This document shows, in pieces, positions 1-9,550 of a stretch of 43,912 nucleotides of DNA. Both the position numbers and the translations under genes were made by a program. Source of the DNA: a virus (Duplodnaviria; Caudoviricetes); the IMG/VR virus record IMGVR_UViG_3300049486_000009, positions 1-43,912 of that record. One strand, given 5' to 3'. Position 1 is the first letter of the stretch. Every line of letters starts with the position of its first letter. The notes beneath the pieces are model-generated. The model did not search any database. It had not been told where the DNA came from and saw only the letters and a list, made by a program, of their open reading frames with translations.

Positions 1-116
1 AGACCCGCACCACCAGAGCTTCAGATTCCTCCTGTGTCTTCTAGCAAAGTAGATGCTATCGATGCTGAGTTCAGAGACGTACCACTATTAGAACCTAGTA
101 TAAATATTAAGATGCC
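1..116 (+). repeat. Terminal direct repeat, left copy (circular assembly overlap)
   Basis: 1-116 matches 43797-43912 except A103 vs G43899; lies inside an open reading frame. Confidence 0.95.
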
Positions 117-1974
117 TGTGGAACGTGGAAGCATTGTCACACCTCCACGTATAGAAGCTCTGCCATCACTGGACGCACCAGCACGGTCTCGCAGACTTCC
201 ACCTGGTCCGACTGTGATAGTGCCTCCACGTACATATATTGAGACACCTCCACCACCAGACTTTAACGTACCTCTTGTTCCTACTCTATCTGTGAATAAC
301 ATTGACTTGTCCACTAACAGATTGATGGACTTGCTCAGCAATCCACAGATAGACTTAAGACCGTACACTAATCCAGTACCATTCCGCAGTTCCTTTGACG
401 CTGCTCGTCAGCTTATCAGAGACAACCAGCCTACTACGCGCCCTGGTCGTAACTCGTTCAACTCAATAGTCGAGTCCGTAAAAGGCTCAACTTACAGAAG
501 TCTAGGTGACTACTCTAATCCTCGTTTAGACCGACTCAGACAGTTAGCTAACAACGCTGACTCTCTAGACGACCAACTACTAGATATGAATAAAGTAGTT
601 GCTGACTTTATAGATGATAATAATGAATTATTATCTATTGAAGAAAAATTCAGTATACTACGTAATCCTGAATCTGTTTCTGATGTAATAAATAAGTACA
701 CAGGAGCAGAACGCAATCAGCTGGTGTCGTCTTTAGTAAATAATGCTAACTCGAACAAGTTCTTTAACTTGCCTGAGACAGCACAGTTGCTGTACGAACT
801 GAAGACGCCTAACGTCATGCTGGATATGGCAGCGTACAACGAAATATACAGAAGTCTGCCCAAGGACTTGAGACCAGCACCGGGGAACCCTATCGGTGCA
901 GTACGCATGCAGGAGTTCTTAAATGCTAATACACAGCTTGAAACAGCACTACGTGACCTTAATGAACTTCAGGATACGTACAACCAATTAAAAGCAGAGA
1001 TTACTGAAGCGACTGGTAAGTCTGCTTCTAGGCAAGTGCTGGACGAGACAGTCACTGAAGCGTCTCTGTCAAAAGGCACTCGTGCTGACGAGCCGTCTAT
1101 ACAGGTAGGTGACCGTCTTACTAACGAGGACGAGGTTGCACAGGCTCAAGCTCGTAATGTGACGCAACTCACTGAACAGGAGGCGTCTTCACCAAAAGTG
1201 CTGCGGACGTTAGGGCAAGACTTGCGTGTCTTAGATGCGGCAACATCGCGTCAGGTTAAGCTGGCGTTACAAGACATGGAAATGATGCTGCCACCTGATG
1301 AGTTCGAATTGCAGAAGTCAGCAATGTTCGAAGACCTTGCATTAGAAGGGTACGACGTTACCTCAGACGGAGTGGTAATCAATCCTAACAAATTCAGCAT
1401 TGTCAGCGCTGAGGAGATAGAGGACGTAACGTCAGGCTTAGACCTTCGTGCTGCTGGGTTCATTGACGACCCTAGTGAGTTGTCGGCATTGAACCTTCAA
1501 GCACAGATGCTAGACGAGATTAGTGAGCGTCTAGAAGAAGGGTACAAAGAGTTAGACCGCAGCATCACTAGAGCAGAGGACGCAGAAGATTTGTTACGTG
1601 CATCTGCTGAGACGTACGCTGACAATTACAATGAGTTGACGAAACAGTCACCACAGAGTTACGAGAAAGACTTTACAGATTTATTGGTGAACGAAGATGA
1701 AAGACTGTTCAAGCACTACGATGTCATTCCGCCGTCTCCTACATACTATAGCATCTGGAACGATTACCTTGACGAAATATTTCAAGCAATACGTTATGAT
1801 GACCCAGATAGCATTCTTGATACTGCTATTTCGTGGCGTAACAGCCACCGTGAAATGTGGGAAGAAGCTGCGCAGGTTTATGAGTCAGCAGTCGAAGTCT
1901 ACCGTGACTTGAAAGAGCTACACGGTGAATGGGTACCAGACGATTTCTTTCCAACACTTGACGAGGTTTGCTAA
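1..1974 (+). CDS. C-terminal part of a ~1111-aa internal virion (ejectosome-like) protein that starts at 42435 and wraps the origin
   Basis: Frame is open from position 1 (RPAPPELQIPPVSSSK) and in frame with the ORF from ATG 42435 via the terminal repeat; Pro-rich then acidic helical; sits between other large internal virion genes. Confidence 0.75.
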   Translation, partial: RPAPPELQIPPVSSSKVDAIDAEFRDVPLLEPSINIKMPVERGSIVTPPRIEALPSLDAPARSRRLPPGPTVIVPPRTYIETPPPPDFNVPLVPTLSVNNIDLSTNRLMDLLSNPQIDLRPYTNPVPFRSSFDAARQLIRDNQPTTRPGRNSFNSIVESVKGSTYRSLGDYSNPRLDRLRQLANNADSLDDQLLDMNKVVADFIDDNNELLSIEEKFSILRNPESVSDVINKYTGAERNQLVSSLVNNANSNKFFNLPETAQLLYELKTPNVMLDMAAYNEIYRSLPKDLRPAPGNPIGAVRMQEFLNANTQLETALRDLNELQDTYNQLKAEITEATGKSASRQVLDETVTEASLSKGTRADEPSIQVGDRLTNEDEVAQAQARNVTQLTEQEASSPKVLRTLGQDLRVLDAATSRQVKLALQDMEMMLPPDEFELQKSAMFEDLALEGYDVTSDGVVINPNKFSIVSAEEIEDVTSGLDLRAAGFIDDPSELSALNLQAQMLDEISERLEEGYKELDRSITRAEDAEDLLRASAETYADNYNELTKQSPQSYEKDFTDLLVNEDERLFKHYDVIPPSPTYYSIWNDYLDEIFQAIRYDDPDSILDTAISWRNSHREMWEEAAQVYESAVEVYRDLKELHGEWVPDDFFPTLDEVC

Positions 1975-4900
1975 TGGCACGTTGCAATCTATTTCAACAG
2001 TATAACGTAAGACAGAAGCGTCCATTCTCGACGCAGGAAGTCAACGACCTCAAGGCACGTCGTCAGATATGGAATAGAATACTTAATGCTGCTAACTCTA
2101 CTGTCACTGCACAGCTTAAGCGCGTACAAGAAATGCAGATACGTCAGCGTCTACAAGACGAGTGGATTTCTTCTACTGGTGAAGTGATGCGAGTGTTCCC
2201 TGAACAGGGCAAGCGTATACAGGATTTCCTTGTACGTGAGTTTGGTCAGAAAGCTCGGTTCTTAGGTTTAGACCCACAACGTAACTACTCGTTGGCTGGG
2301 GAGGTACGATACAACCTAGAGACCTTCCAAGCCACCGCTGAAGGGATGGTTAACATCGCTGGCAAGATTAACAGCATTAGTAAGTTGGACGCATTTCAGA
2401 AAGTATTTAAGAACATTGTACGTGATAAAAACTTAACTGACGCGCAGTCGTCTCTATTATTCTTCTCTGCTGTAGAAGACGGTAGAATTCCCACGACATT
2501 GAGTACTGAGGTGTCTTACGTAGTGAACACCCTCGGTAACACTACGACTCCTGTCGCTGAGTACCTACAGCGTAAACACAACCGCTTTTTAGGCACAGCA
2601 CAGGACTTGGGTCTGAACAAGCAAGAGATAGATGAACTAGTAGATGCTGCTACTGAGCTGTCCACTGCGTTTGACGAAGTTCGTGCGGTAGCAACTGCAC
2701 TTGGTGTGTCTATACCTGATTTAGAAAACTTAGGATATTTTAGCAGAATTATTACTGAAGACTTCAAGCTGCGCCTGCAAGACCTAGACGTGCCTGAACT
2801 GTTTCAGACGCTACGCGCAGACATTGTGGAGTTGTCTTCACTGTTTGGTCGGTCTCGAAACACGGTACATTATTTACCATGGGATGAGGCAATAGCAGCA
2901 CAGATGCTGGATATTGATGTGCCTACGTTGCGTCTCATGTTAGACAATCCTACGCAGTTTAGAAACTACCTAGAGGAGAATCTCACAGCAGATCAGTTAG
3001 ATGGTCTAGTGGACTCTGGTGTCTTCGCTAAGCTGCCTATGAGCGCAATAGATGTGTACGATTACTTTAAGTCACAGTACCAATTGCCGTACGAGAGCCT
3101 CAGCAGGATGTTTGTGACAGACCCAGTACTAGCGATGCAGAAATATTCAGCCAGTCTGATGCAAGCTGCTGGGTCTTCAGCGCTAGTTCGTGGTGTCTTA
3201 GACGGTCGTGCGTTCTCTGCTGGTTGGACAGTTGACGGTAGTGCCATTAAGTCTAATCCTGTACTCTACGGTGACTTCGTACCACTTGGTAAGTACCTTG
3301 ATAGATGGGCGGCACAAGCAAATATTACTCCAGCACAGGCTTTAGTCAGTATGGGTATCACAGCAGACCCTACAGAAGCTCTGCGTATCATAGGCTCGTT
3401 TGAGAACGCTTACGTTCATCCTGTAGTGGCTGACCAGTGGTCTGCTATGATGACAATGTCTACTAATCCGGCGATGTTGGGGCAGACAGGGTACATACTT
3501 CACGCTGCCAGCAGACTGTACAGTAAGCTTCTCATTAGTAGTAACACTATGGGTTATATACTGAATAACACGTTAGGGTCTATCAAGCAGACTGTTGCAG
3601 GTGGTGGTAACATCATGCGTTATTTGCCTAACTTGATGGAGGTGACTAAAGCGCTGAAGCATGGATTTGAAGCATTTGATGACACTAAAGTGTACTTCAA
3701 AGACGTCAATGGTGCAGAGTACACAAGACGCGGTTTGGTAAAAGAGTTTCTTAAGAGACGAAATCAAGGTATCGCACCTGGTACAACTAGACTGCGGTTC
3801 ACTAAGTCGCAGAACAGCTTTATCGAGGAGTTGCTCGGGTCTCCACAGGCTGTGATGTCTGGTCTTAACGAAGTAATGCAGTACACTATGGCAAAGGGCA
3901 CTGTAGTGGGTAACAAGAAGATACCACTATGGGAGAGACCAGGAAGATTCACAAAGGCATCACTGCGTAAAGCGTCCACTGGTCTGGACAGGTACTTCAG
4001 TTCTATTGCTAGTGTAGCGAACATACTAGAACTGACTGGTAAGCTCACGGTACTTGACACCGTATTAATGAAAGTTGACGGGTTCGACGAAGCTGTGTCC
4101 GCATTTGGGCAGACTGTGTCATCATTTCAATTTACTAGGTTCAACAGCCTCGATGAAGCATTCCGTCACGTAGATGAGTACTTCATTAATCCGTACGGTG
4201 TTGGGCGTCTTGTAGGGAAAGCAAGTGCATTCTTGTTCCCGTTCGCTGTCTGGAGAATGATGAATCCTCCGATGCAGATGCGTCATATAATTAGACACCC
4301 GCAGTGGTACATGGGCTACCTCCGTCTACATGCACTGAATCAGGATGAGCTGTCTCAAGACGAACGAGCAGTAGAGGCTGCTATTGAGCCATGGGTACTT
4401 AAGGCAATGCCATGGTACATAGGCAAGACGCACGAAGGCAAGCCTATGATGCTGTTACCTACCAGTTATGACCCTATCGCTGATGCACTCGTATTCTTTA
4501 ACGACACAGGCGACAAAGTCCAGCGTATGCTAGGCATGGGCGCACAGTTAACGGCTGACCAGCGTCTAGACGTACGTAATGAGACAGCACAGGATTTCCT
4601 AAACGAACTGGTGTCTTCCATGTCACTGCCAGTGAAATCTATGTACGAATTAATATCTGGTGTAGACACATTCACAGGTAAGAAGATAGATGAAAACCCC
4701 GCAGAGGCTCGTCCTGATTTTGTTGGTATTAACTGGAACCCTAGACTTTATCTACTTGTGTCTAAGATTCCTTTCTTGAGTAAGCTTGACGCGATGAACC
4801 CAGGTGGGATGTTCGGAACTGCACCAACGTTTGACTCATTCACTGGGCAAACGCTGACACCAGGCACTCCGTCGATATTCGGTGGTACTCGGTCTAAACG

Positions 4901-5372
4901 GGACACTCGACGCATGACATTCGAGTCGTCTCCACTATGGGCGCAGACTCTCATGCTGGCAGGTATGAACATCCGTACAGTAGATTACGATAGAAATCTA
5001 CAGAACACGTACTCTGACATTGATGTAACTATCTCATATCTAGAGAAGTCTATAAACAGCAACAGACAAGAGATTACGCTGGGTCGTGAGACAGGTAAAG
5101 TATCCGAGTCGGAGTACGCTAGACGCAGAGCGCAGATTGAAGACCAAGTGTCTATCTGGGGTCAGCTAATGCTAGATAAAATGCGTTTAGACTCGTACAT
5201 GCGAAAGTACAATGTGACTCCTACGAACGTACTACGAGACCTTGACAAAAAAGGTCTAGAGGTACGACAGTTACCACTTCCTGGAGACGAGCAACTTCGT
5301 GGTATCGCAGAAAAGGTTATCAGAGTAGACCGTGAGTTAGACGAGGCAGAACAACGTGGACCCAATGAATAA
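1974..5372 (+). CDS. Large internal virion protein (T7 gp16-like position), ~1132 aa
   Basis: Long ORF with ATG overlapping the upstream TAA (TAATG 1972-1976); size and position after the tail tubular and internal virion genes; no catalytic motif recognised. Confidence 0.65.
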   Translation: MARCNLFQQYNVRQKRPFSTQEVNDLKARRQIWNRILNAANSTVTAQLKRVQEMQIRQRLQDEWISSTGEVMRVFPEQGKRIQDFLVREFGQKARFLGLDPQRNYSLAGEVRYNLETFQATAEGMVNIAGKINSISKLDAFQKVFKNIVRDKNLTDAQSSLLFFSAVEDGRIPTTLSTEVSYVVNTLGNTTTPVAEYLQRKHNRFLGTAQDLGLNKQEIDELVDAATELSTAFDEVRAVATALGVSIPDLENLGYFSRIITEDFKLRLQDLDVPELFQTLRADIVELSSLFGRSRNTVHYLPWDEAIAAQMLDIDVPTLRLMLDNPTQFRNYLEENLTADQLDGLVDSGVFAKLPMSAIDVYDYFKSQYQLPYESLSRMFVTDPVLAMQKYSASLMQAAGSSALVRGVLDGRAFSAGWTVDGSAIKSNPVLYGDFVPLGKYLDRWAAQANITPAQALVSMGITADPTEALRIIGSFENAYVHPVVADQWSAMMTMSTNPAMLGQTGYILHAASRLYSKLLISSNTMGYILNNTLGSIKQTVAGGGNIMRYLPNLMEVTKALKHGFEAFDDTKVYFKDVNGAEYTRRGLVKEFLKRRNQGIAPGTTRLRFTKSQNSFIEELLGSPQAVMSGLNEVMQYTMAKGTVVGNKKIPLWERPGRFTKASLRKASTGLDRYFSSIASVANILELTGKLTVLDTVLMKVDGFDEAVSAFGQTVSSFQFTRFNSLDEAFRHVDEYFINPYGVGRLVGKASAFLFPFAVWRMMNPPMQMRHIIRHPQWYMGYLRLHALNQDELSQDERAVEAAIEPWVLKAMPWYIGKTHEGKPMMLLPTSYDPIADALVFFNDTGDKVQRMLGMGAQLTADQRLDVRNETAQDFLNELVSSMSLPVKSMYELISGVDTFTGKKIDENPAEARPDFVGINWNPRLYLLVSKIPFLSKLDAMNPGGMFGTAPTFDSFTGQTLTPGTPSIFGGTRSKRDTRRMTFESSPLWAQTLMLAGMNIRTVDYDRNLQNTYSDIDVTISYLEKSINSNRQEITLGRETGKVSESEYARRRAQIEDQVSIWGQLMLDKMRLDSYMRKYNVTPTNVLRDLDKKGLEVRQLPLPGDEQLRGIAEKVIRVDRELDEAEQRGPNE

Positions 5373-5787
5373 GGTCATTTTAGCGCTAGGATTTGTAATT
5401 AACATCATTGCGCTGCTCACCGTAGTGGTGCGAGTTTCAGCAGTCATCTTTGACCTAAAGCGCAGATTAGACTTAGTGGAACGAGATTTGTCTAACAGAC
5501 TTGAGTTGTTACAGCGTGACACCGACGCGAAGATTACCAAGGTCGAGCGTCTATTAGATTCTCTTAATCACTCTGTCGAAATGGACGAGATGCAGTTAAC
5601 TGAGTTAGCGCGGACAGTTACTGCACTGCGAGACTCCTCAGCGTCTGCTAATCAGTTGCTTAAAGCTGAAGTCACCAATATGGTTACTGAGCTTAAAGGT
5701 ACAGTGGCAAGTAACAATAAGAACATCCGCTCTTTAGAGAACTTCTTACAGAAAAAGTACGATGAGTTCGAGCCTAGAGATTATTAA
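5356..5787 (+). CDS. Membrane-anchored coiled-coil protein (holin/spanin-like candidate)
   Basis: N-terminal hydrophobic stretch VILALGFVINIIALLTVVVRVSAVIF followed by heptad-rich helix; coupled to both neighbours. Confidence 0.5.
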   Translation: MDPMNKVILALGFVINIIALLTVVVRVSAVIFDLKRRLDLVERDLSNRLELLQRDTDAKITKVERLLDSLNHSVEMDEMQLTELARTVTALRDSSASANQLLKAEVTNMVTELKGTVASNNKNIRSLENFLQKKYDEFEPRDY

Positions 5788-6587
5788 TGAATGTATCAGT
5801 TCTCATACCATTTAGAAATAATGAGTCTACTATACAGAAGTGTCTAGACAGCATACCACCAGACTATGAAGTGCTGTTGTGGGATGACTTCAGTGAAGAC
5901 CGCACGGCGGACATTGCTCGGTCTTACCAAAATTGTACAGTCTTTTCGTCACCGTTTAAGAAGTCACTAGGACAGATGCGTGGTGAGTTGTTCTGGTTGT
6001 CTGAAGGAGACTACGTAATCTACCAAGACGCTGACGATTGGCGCATACCGGAAAACACACAGACAGCAGTACCACTTACTAGAAGTGTGCTGATGACTCC
6101 GGTGGTGCGCACACCGAGCAAGCTGCTGCGTCTACAAGAAGATGTGTTGTCTGATTTATTCTTAATGACGTTTCAAACAAATGGTATCATATGGGAAAGA
6201 CACGTACTAGAACGTTCAGCATTTCCTACCATCCATTGTTGGGAGTACTTCATGGTAGCGGAGGCTTACATGCATGGGTTCAATTTTGACTACCATAGTG
6301 AACCTACTGCGTATTACACTGGTCCGGGTCTGTACTCTGCTAACAATAGACTAGGTCAATTGAAGAGCAGGCTACGTCTCATTCAGAGTTTAATTAAGGA
6401 ACTGAAATTGACTACAGCTCAACACAACTACGCAGTACAGACTGTTAAGACCACACGTAAAATTCTAGCAGACAAATTCAGCCACCCATGTCCATTAGGA
6501 CGAGGAAGCTGTATCAGTGCTTGCTTTACGAGTGATGATGATAGAGAGAACGGGGACAGATGTCTAGGGAGTCACTGTAGCGAATAA
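5787..6587 (+). CDS. Glycosyltransferase family 2 (GT-A fold)
   Basis: VSVLIPFRN...CLDSI...LLWDDFSEDRT...DYVIYQDADD matches the GT2 N-terminal nucleotide-sugar binding pattern with DxD motif. Confidence 0.9.
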   Translation: MNVSVLIPFRNNESTIQKCLDSIPPDYEVLLWDDFSEDRTADIARSYQNCTVFSSPFKKSLGQMRGELFWLSEGDYVIYQDADDWRIPENTQTAVPLTRSVLMTPVVRTPSKLLRLQEDVLSDLFLMTFQTNGIIWERHVLERSAFPTIHCWEYFMVAEAYMHGFNFDYHSEPTAYYTGPGLYSANNRLGQLKSRLRLIQSLIKELKLTTAQHNYAVQTVKTTRKILADKFSHPCPLGRGSCISACFTSDDDRENGDRCLGSHCSE

Positions 6588-6844
6588 TGCCTAAGAATAA
6601 GGTTGTAGGTAAAAACAAACGTAAAGGCTCAAATAAAGCCACGGGTCGTGACTACAGTTACGATAAGGAGTACCAGTCGTCTGAAAAGCGTAAGAAGTAC
6701 CGCGCGGAGTTGAACGCCTACAACCGCAAGAAGGGCACTTACGGAAACGGAGATGGCTTAGACGCATCGCATAAAGGTGGCGTCATATCTGGTTTTGAGT
6801 CAGCAAAAGTTAACAGGGCACGTAAGCCCAAACGGAGGAAGTAA
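6587..6844 (+). CDS. Small basic HNH-like protein
   Basis: RDYSYDKEY...RAELN...GNGDGLDASH...S.KVNRAR resembles the minimal phage HNH-type GDGKDVDH...NR family; TAATG-coupled on both sides. Confidence 0.55.
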   Translation: MPKNKVVGKNKRKGSNKATGRDYSYDKEYQSSEKRKKYRAELNAYNRKKGTYGNGDGLDASHKGGVISGFESAKVNRARKPKRRK

Positions 6845-8457
6845 TGGTTATTCGTGCTAGCATTATTAATGATGGCGACACCAGAGACGTTGTATGCGAT
6901 GCTGACGGTCGTCTCTTAGTAGGTGGTATTTCGCTAGACGGTAGTGTAGCAATCGACTTGACAGACACTAACGCTGCACTCGCACAGTTAATTGACATTC
7001 TAGACCCAGCAACGGGTAACTTTCAAGTTCAGGTAGACCCAGCGTTCCCGGTAGTCGTAGACACCACGAACCCTATTGACATTAACATTGCTGGTATTGA
7101 CGCTATCTTTTCTGGGGAAGGCATTCCTGTACGAATACAGTCCGCAGATAGCAACGTAGATGTGAGCGTCTCTGTAGAGTCTATTAATGCTACTACGTTT
7201 CCTAATGGCATCCCCGTACGCATTGACGGTATTGACCTTACGGATTTTCCCAATGGCTTACCTATTAACTTCAGTGGAATCTCTGCTGCGTTTCCTTCAG
7301 GTATCCCTATTGAGATTAACGCAATTGATTTAGTCAACTTGCCAGACGGTATTCCAATTAATATCACTACGCAGTCTGACCCATTACTTGTCCAGATTGA
7401 TACTACAGGTGGTCCGAGTGTCGTTAACCTCAATACGTCTCAGTTGACTGACTTGTTAAATGCTATTAACGCGGACAACAATGAAGTCTTCATTAAAGAC
7501 GCCAACGGTCTTCTTAGTGACGCTAACCCATTACGTACCACATCACAACTCGTTGATGAAACAGGTACACCTATCTCTGCTGCTAATCCGCTAGACGTGG
7601 CAATTACGTCTGATGTCACAATTAACTTAGAGGGAACATTAGAGACGACGAGCACGTCTTATCAGACTGGTCAAGGTGCGGTCTCAAAAGACGCACTACT
7701 GACTAAGCCTATCTTTCAAATAGAACCACGAGTCGCGGCTGATACTTGGACGACTCCAGTAGTAGGACATGAGAGTTTTCACGATGTAAAGAATGTGCAG
7801 ACTGACGTTATCGTCGCCGGTAACTCAGAGTTCACTTGGTTGTCCGCAAATGGCTTAGACGTAAGAACTGGGTTACTGACTACACCCATGGTTCACGCTA
7901 TTCCAGACTCTCACATCGGTTTCACATTAAACTTATCTGACACAAAGAGAGCAAACTTGCCGTTAATGTCAGACTTGAGTGGTCACGTTTTCACAAGACG
8001 CGCTAGTAAAAGACTTGGTATCGCAAACGTTGAGTTAAACACTGCGTTCTGGGCTAACGTTGCTACAGAAAGAATTGCTAATATTTTGGCTGGTAGACGA
8101 GCAACGGACATTTTCCTGTTTAATGAAACAGGACAGTTGAACCTCTATGTAAAAGGTTCATCACTGTCCGGTACTGGTTCTATAGGCTTCTGGCTTCTTT
8201 GGAATCCTTTTGCAGCAGGCTCTGTAGGGTCTCAAGCTTGGGATGCTAATACATTCCAGTTAACTGAGAGCGCAGGAACGTCGAACACACCTGATATTCA
8301 AGCTCGGTGCTTCATAGACACGAACAACAGATGTACGATGATTTCGACTCCTATCCGTGGTCGAGCGTGTAGAGTAATTGCATATCGAATATCTGGAGGA
8401 ACCATTAACACAGGAACGCTAACTGGCACATTCGACTTCTGCCCTGTTATCACTTAG
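6844..8457 (+). CDS. Putative tail fibre/spike (receptor-binding) protein
   Basis: Last gene of the late block; beta-rich, internal 15-16 aa repeats and ANPL repeats, distinct C-terminal domain. Confidence 0.6.
   Translation: MVIRASIINDGDTRDVVCDADGRLLVGGISLDGSVAIDLTDTNAALAQLIDILDPATGNFQVQVDPAFPVVVDTTNPIDINIAGIDAIFSGEGIPVRIQSADSNVDVSVSVESINATTFPNGIPVRIDGIDLTDFPNGLPINFSGISAAFPSGIPIEINAIDLVNLPDGIPINITTQSDPLLVQIDTTGGPSVVNLNTSQLTDLLNAINADNNEVFIKDANGLLSDANPLRTTSQLVDETGTPISAANPLDVAITSDVTINLEGTLETTSTSYQTGQGAVSKDALLTKPIFQIEPRVAADTWTTPVVGHESFHDVKNVQTDVIVAGNSEFTWLSANGLDVRTGLLTTPMVHAIPDSHIGFTLNLSDTKRANLPLMSDLSGHVFTRRASKRLGIANVELNTAFWANVATERIANILAGRRATDIFLFNETGQLNLYVKGSSLSGTGSIGFWLLWNPFAAGSVGSQAWDANTFQLTESAGTSNTPDIQARCFIDTNNRCTMISTPIRGRACRVIAYRISGGTINTGTLTGTFDFCPVIT
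7096..7368 (+). repeat. Five imperfect 15-16 aa repeats (I-D-x3-F-P-x-G-I-P-I/V-x-I)
   Basis: IDAIFSGEGIPVRIQ / INATTFPNGIPVRIDG / IDLTDFPNGLPINFSG / ISAAFPSGIPIEINA / IDLVNLPDGIPINIT in the translation. Confidence 0.85.
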
Positions 8458-9258
8458 TTACCACCGTTCACAATAGGGCTTACCATTCTTGAACACATAA
8501 AACAAATCGACGTAAGGGGAGTACTGCATACATTGTGGTACTCTTTTTCTGTGACCGTCTCTCTCAAGCGGTGGTATGTCAAAGTGTTTCTTTATATCTT
8601 CAAATTTACGTATCTTAGGCAGTACTTCTATTATACCTTCAACTCTTTCGACGTACCTAAAGTCTGGTACGCATTCTATTATGCGAAGTTCATTATTCTG
8701 TTTATTGAGACACAGCCACCACACGTCTGTCAACTTGTTGCGCAGTGACTCGTAGTACAAGTTTGCTTGTGTGATGTACCCTCTGTTGTCATCAGGATAC
8801 TTCACGAATGAGTTGAAGTAGTACCCACTCATCGTCTTAATCTCAATTAGTATCCTTTTGTTGCCCTCTTTAACGATACAATCAATGTGACCCTTCACGC
8901 CCTTATAAGACACCTCACGCTGTTCTTGTATCACGTAGACGCCGTAATGTTTCATCAAAAATATGAGTAACGCCTCAAAGTAGTCACCGAGGTTAAACAC
9001 CCACTGTCCAGCAATCCGTGACGTTTCCTGCGCGCCTTCGCAGACAGCGAGATTTTCAAGATGCAACATCGCAAGCTCGACTGCTGGCTTACCCATTCTG
9101 GACATACGCAGCACTGAGTCTTCGCGTTGGTACTGGAAGAACTGCTCACGTACGGAGTCTTCCACCTTAATCAGTAAGTCCTCCAAGAGGTCTTCATTTA
9201 TTCTGTCTAAACGTCCTGCCTTTTCATTCCACAATTGCACGAACTTAGCTAACTTCAT
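8458..9258 (-). CDS. PD-(D/E)xK exonuclease (lambda-exo/Cas4-like superfamily)
   Basis: GHIDCIVKEGNKRILIEIKT catalytic motif and GYITQANLY (QxxxY) motif. Confidence 0.85.
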   Translation of the reverse strand: MKLAKFVQLWNEKAGRLDRINEDLLEDLLIKVEDSVREQFFQYQREDSVLRMSRMGKPAVELAMLHLENLAVCEGAQETSRIAGQWVFNLGDYFEALLIFLMKHYGVYVIQEQREVSYKGVKGHIDCIVKEGNKRILIEIKTMSGYYFNSFVKYPDDNRGYITQANLYYESLRNKLTDVWWLCLNKQNNELRIIECVPDFRYVERVEGIIEVLPKIRKFEDIKKHFDIPPLERDGHRKRVPQCMQYSPYVDLFYVFKNGKPYCERW

Positions 9259-9511
9259 CTCTGCTCACTCCTGTCAATTGCTGAACCATGTCACGTACCT
9301 CGTCTTCAATGTACACATTAAGCACTCTCATACATGTTAACACTTCATGCGGGTATGCTCGAGTAATTGAATTATCGTATCTACGCGCTGTCACAAGTAC
9401 AGTAGTGAAGTCTTCATCATATCTGACAAAGAACTTAACCAGTGCTTCGTACTTCTGTAACTGTTTCGTAAACTGACACATAGCGTCAATCATTTTATCT
9501 GCTCTATTCAT
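9245..9511 (-). CDS. Hypothetical protein
   Basis: ORF in the minus-strand operon; start moved to ATG 9511 (MNRADKM) because the longer start lies in a terminator hairpin. Confidence 0.6.
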   Translation of the reverse strand: MNRADKMIDAMCQFTKQLQKYEALVKFFVRYDEDFTTVLVTARRYDNSITRAYPHEVLTCMRVLNVYIEDEVRDMVQQLTGVSRDEVS

Positions 9512-9513
9512 TG

Positions 9514-9540
9514 CAAGAAAGGGCACCGTATAGATGCCCT
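9514..9540 (-). terminator. Rho-independent terminator-like hairpin
   Basis: Minus strand AGGGCATC-TATAC-GGTGCCCT followed by TTCTT, 10 nt after the stop of 9551-9976. Confidence 0.6.
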
Positions 9541-9550
9541 GCTAAACTAC

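Noticed and set aside
6844-8457. Diversity-generating retroelement or invertible fibre cassette
   Set aside because: No reverse transcriptase, template/variable repeat pair or invertase is present.
8458-9258. Cas4-like nuclease as a sign of a CRISPR system
   Set aside because: No repeat-spacer array or other cas genes and no full four-Cys cluster; the context is a phage recombination module.
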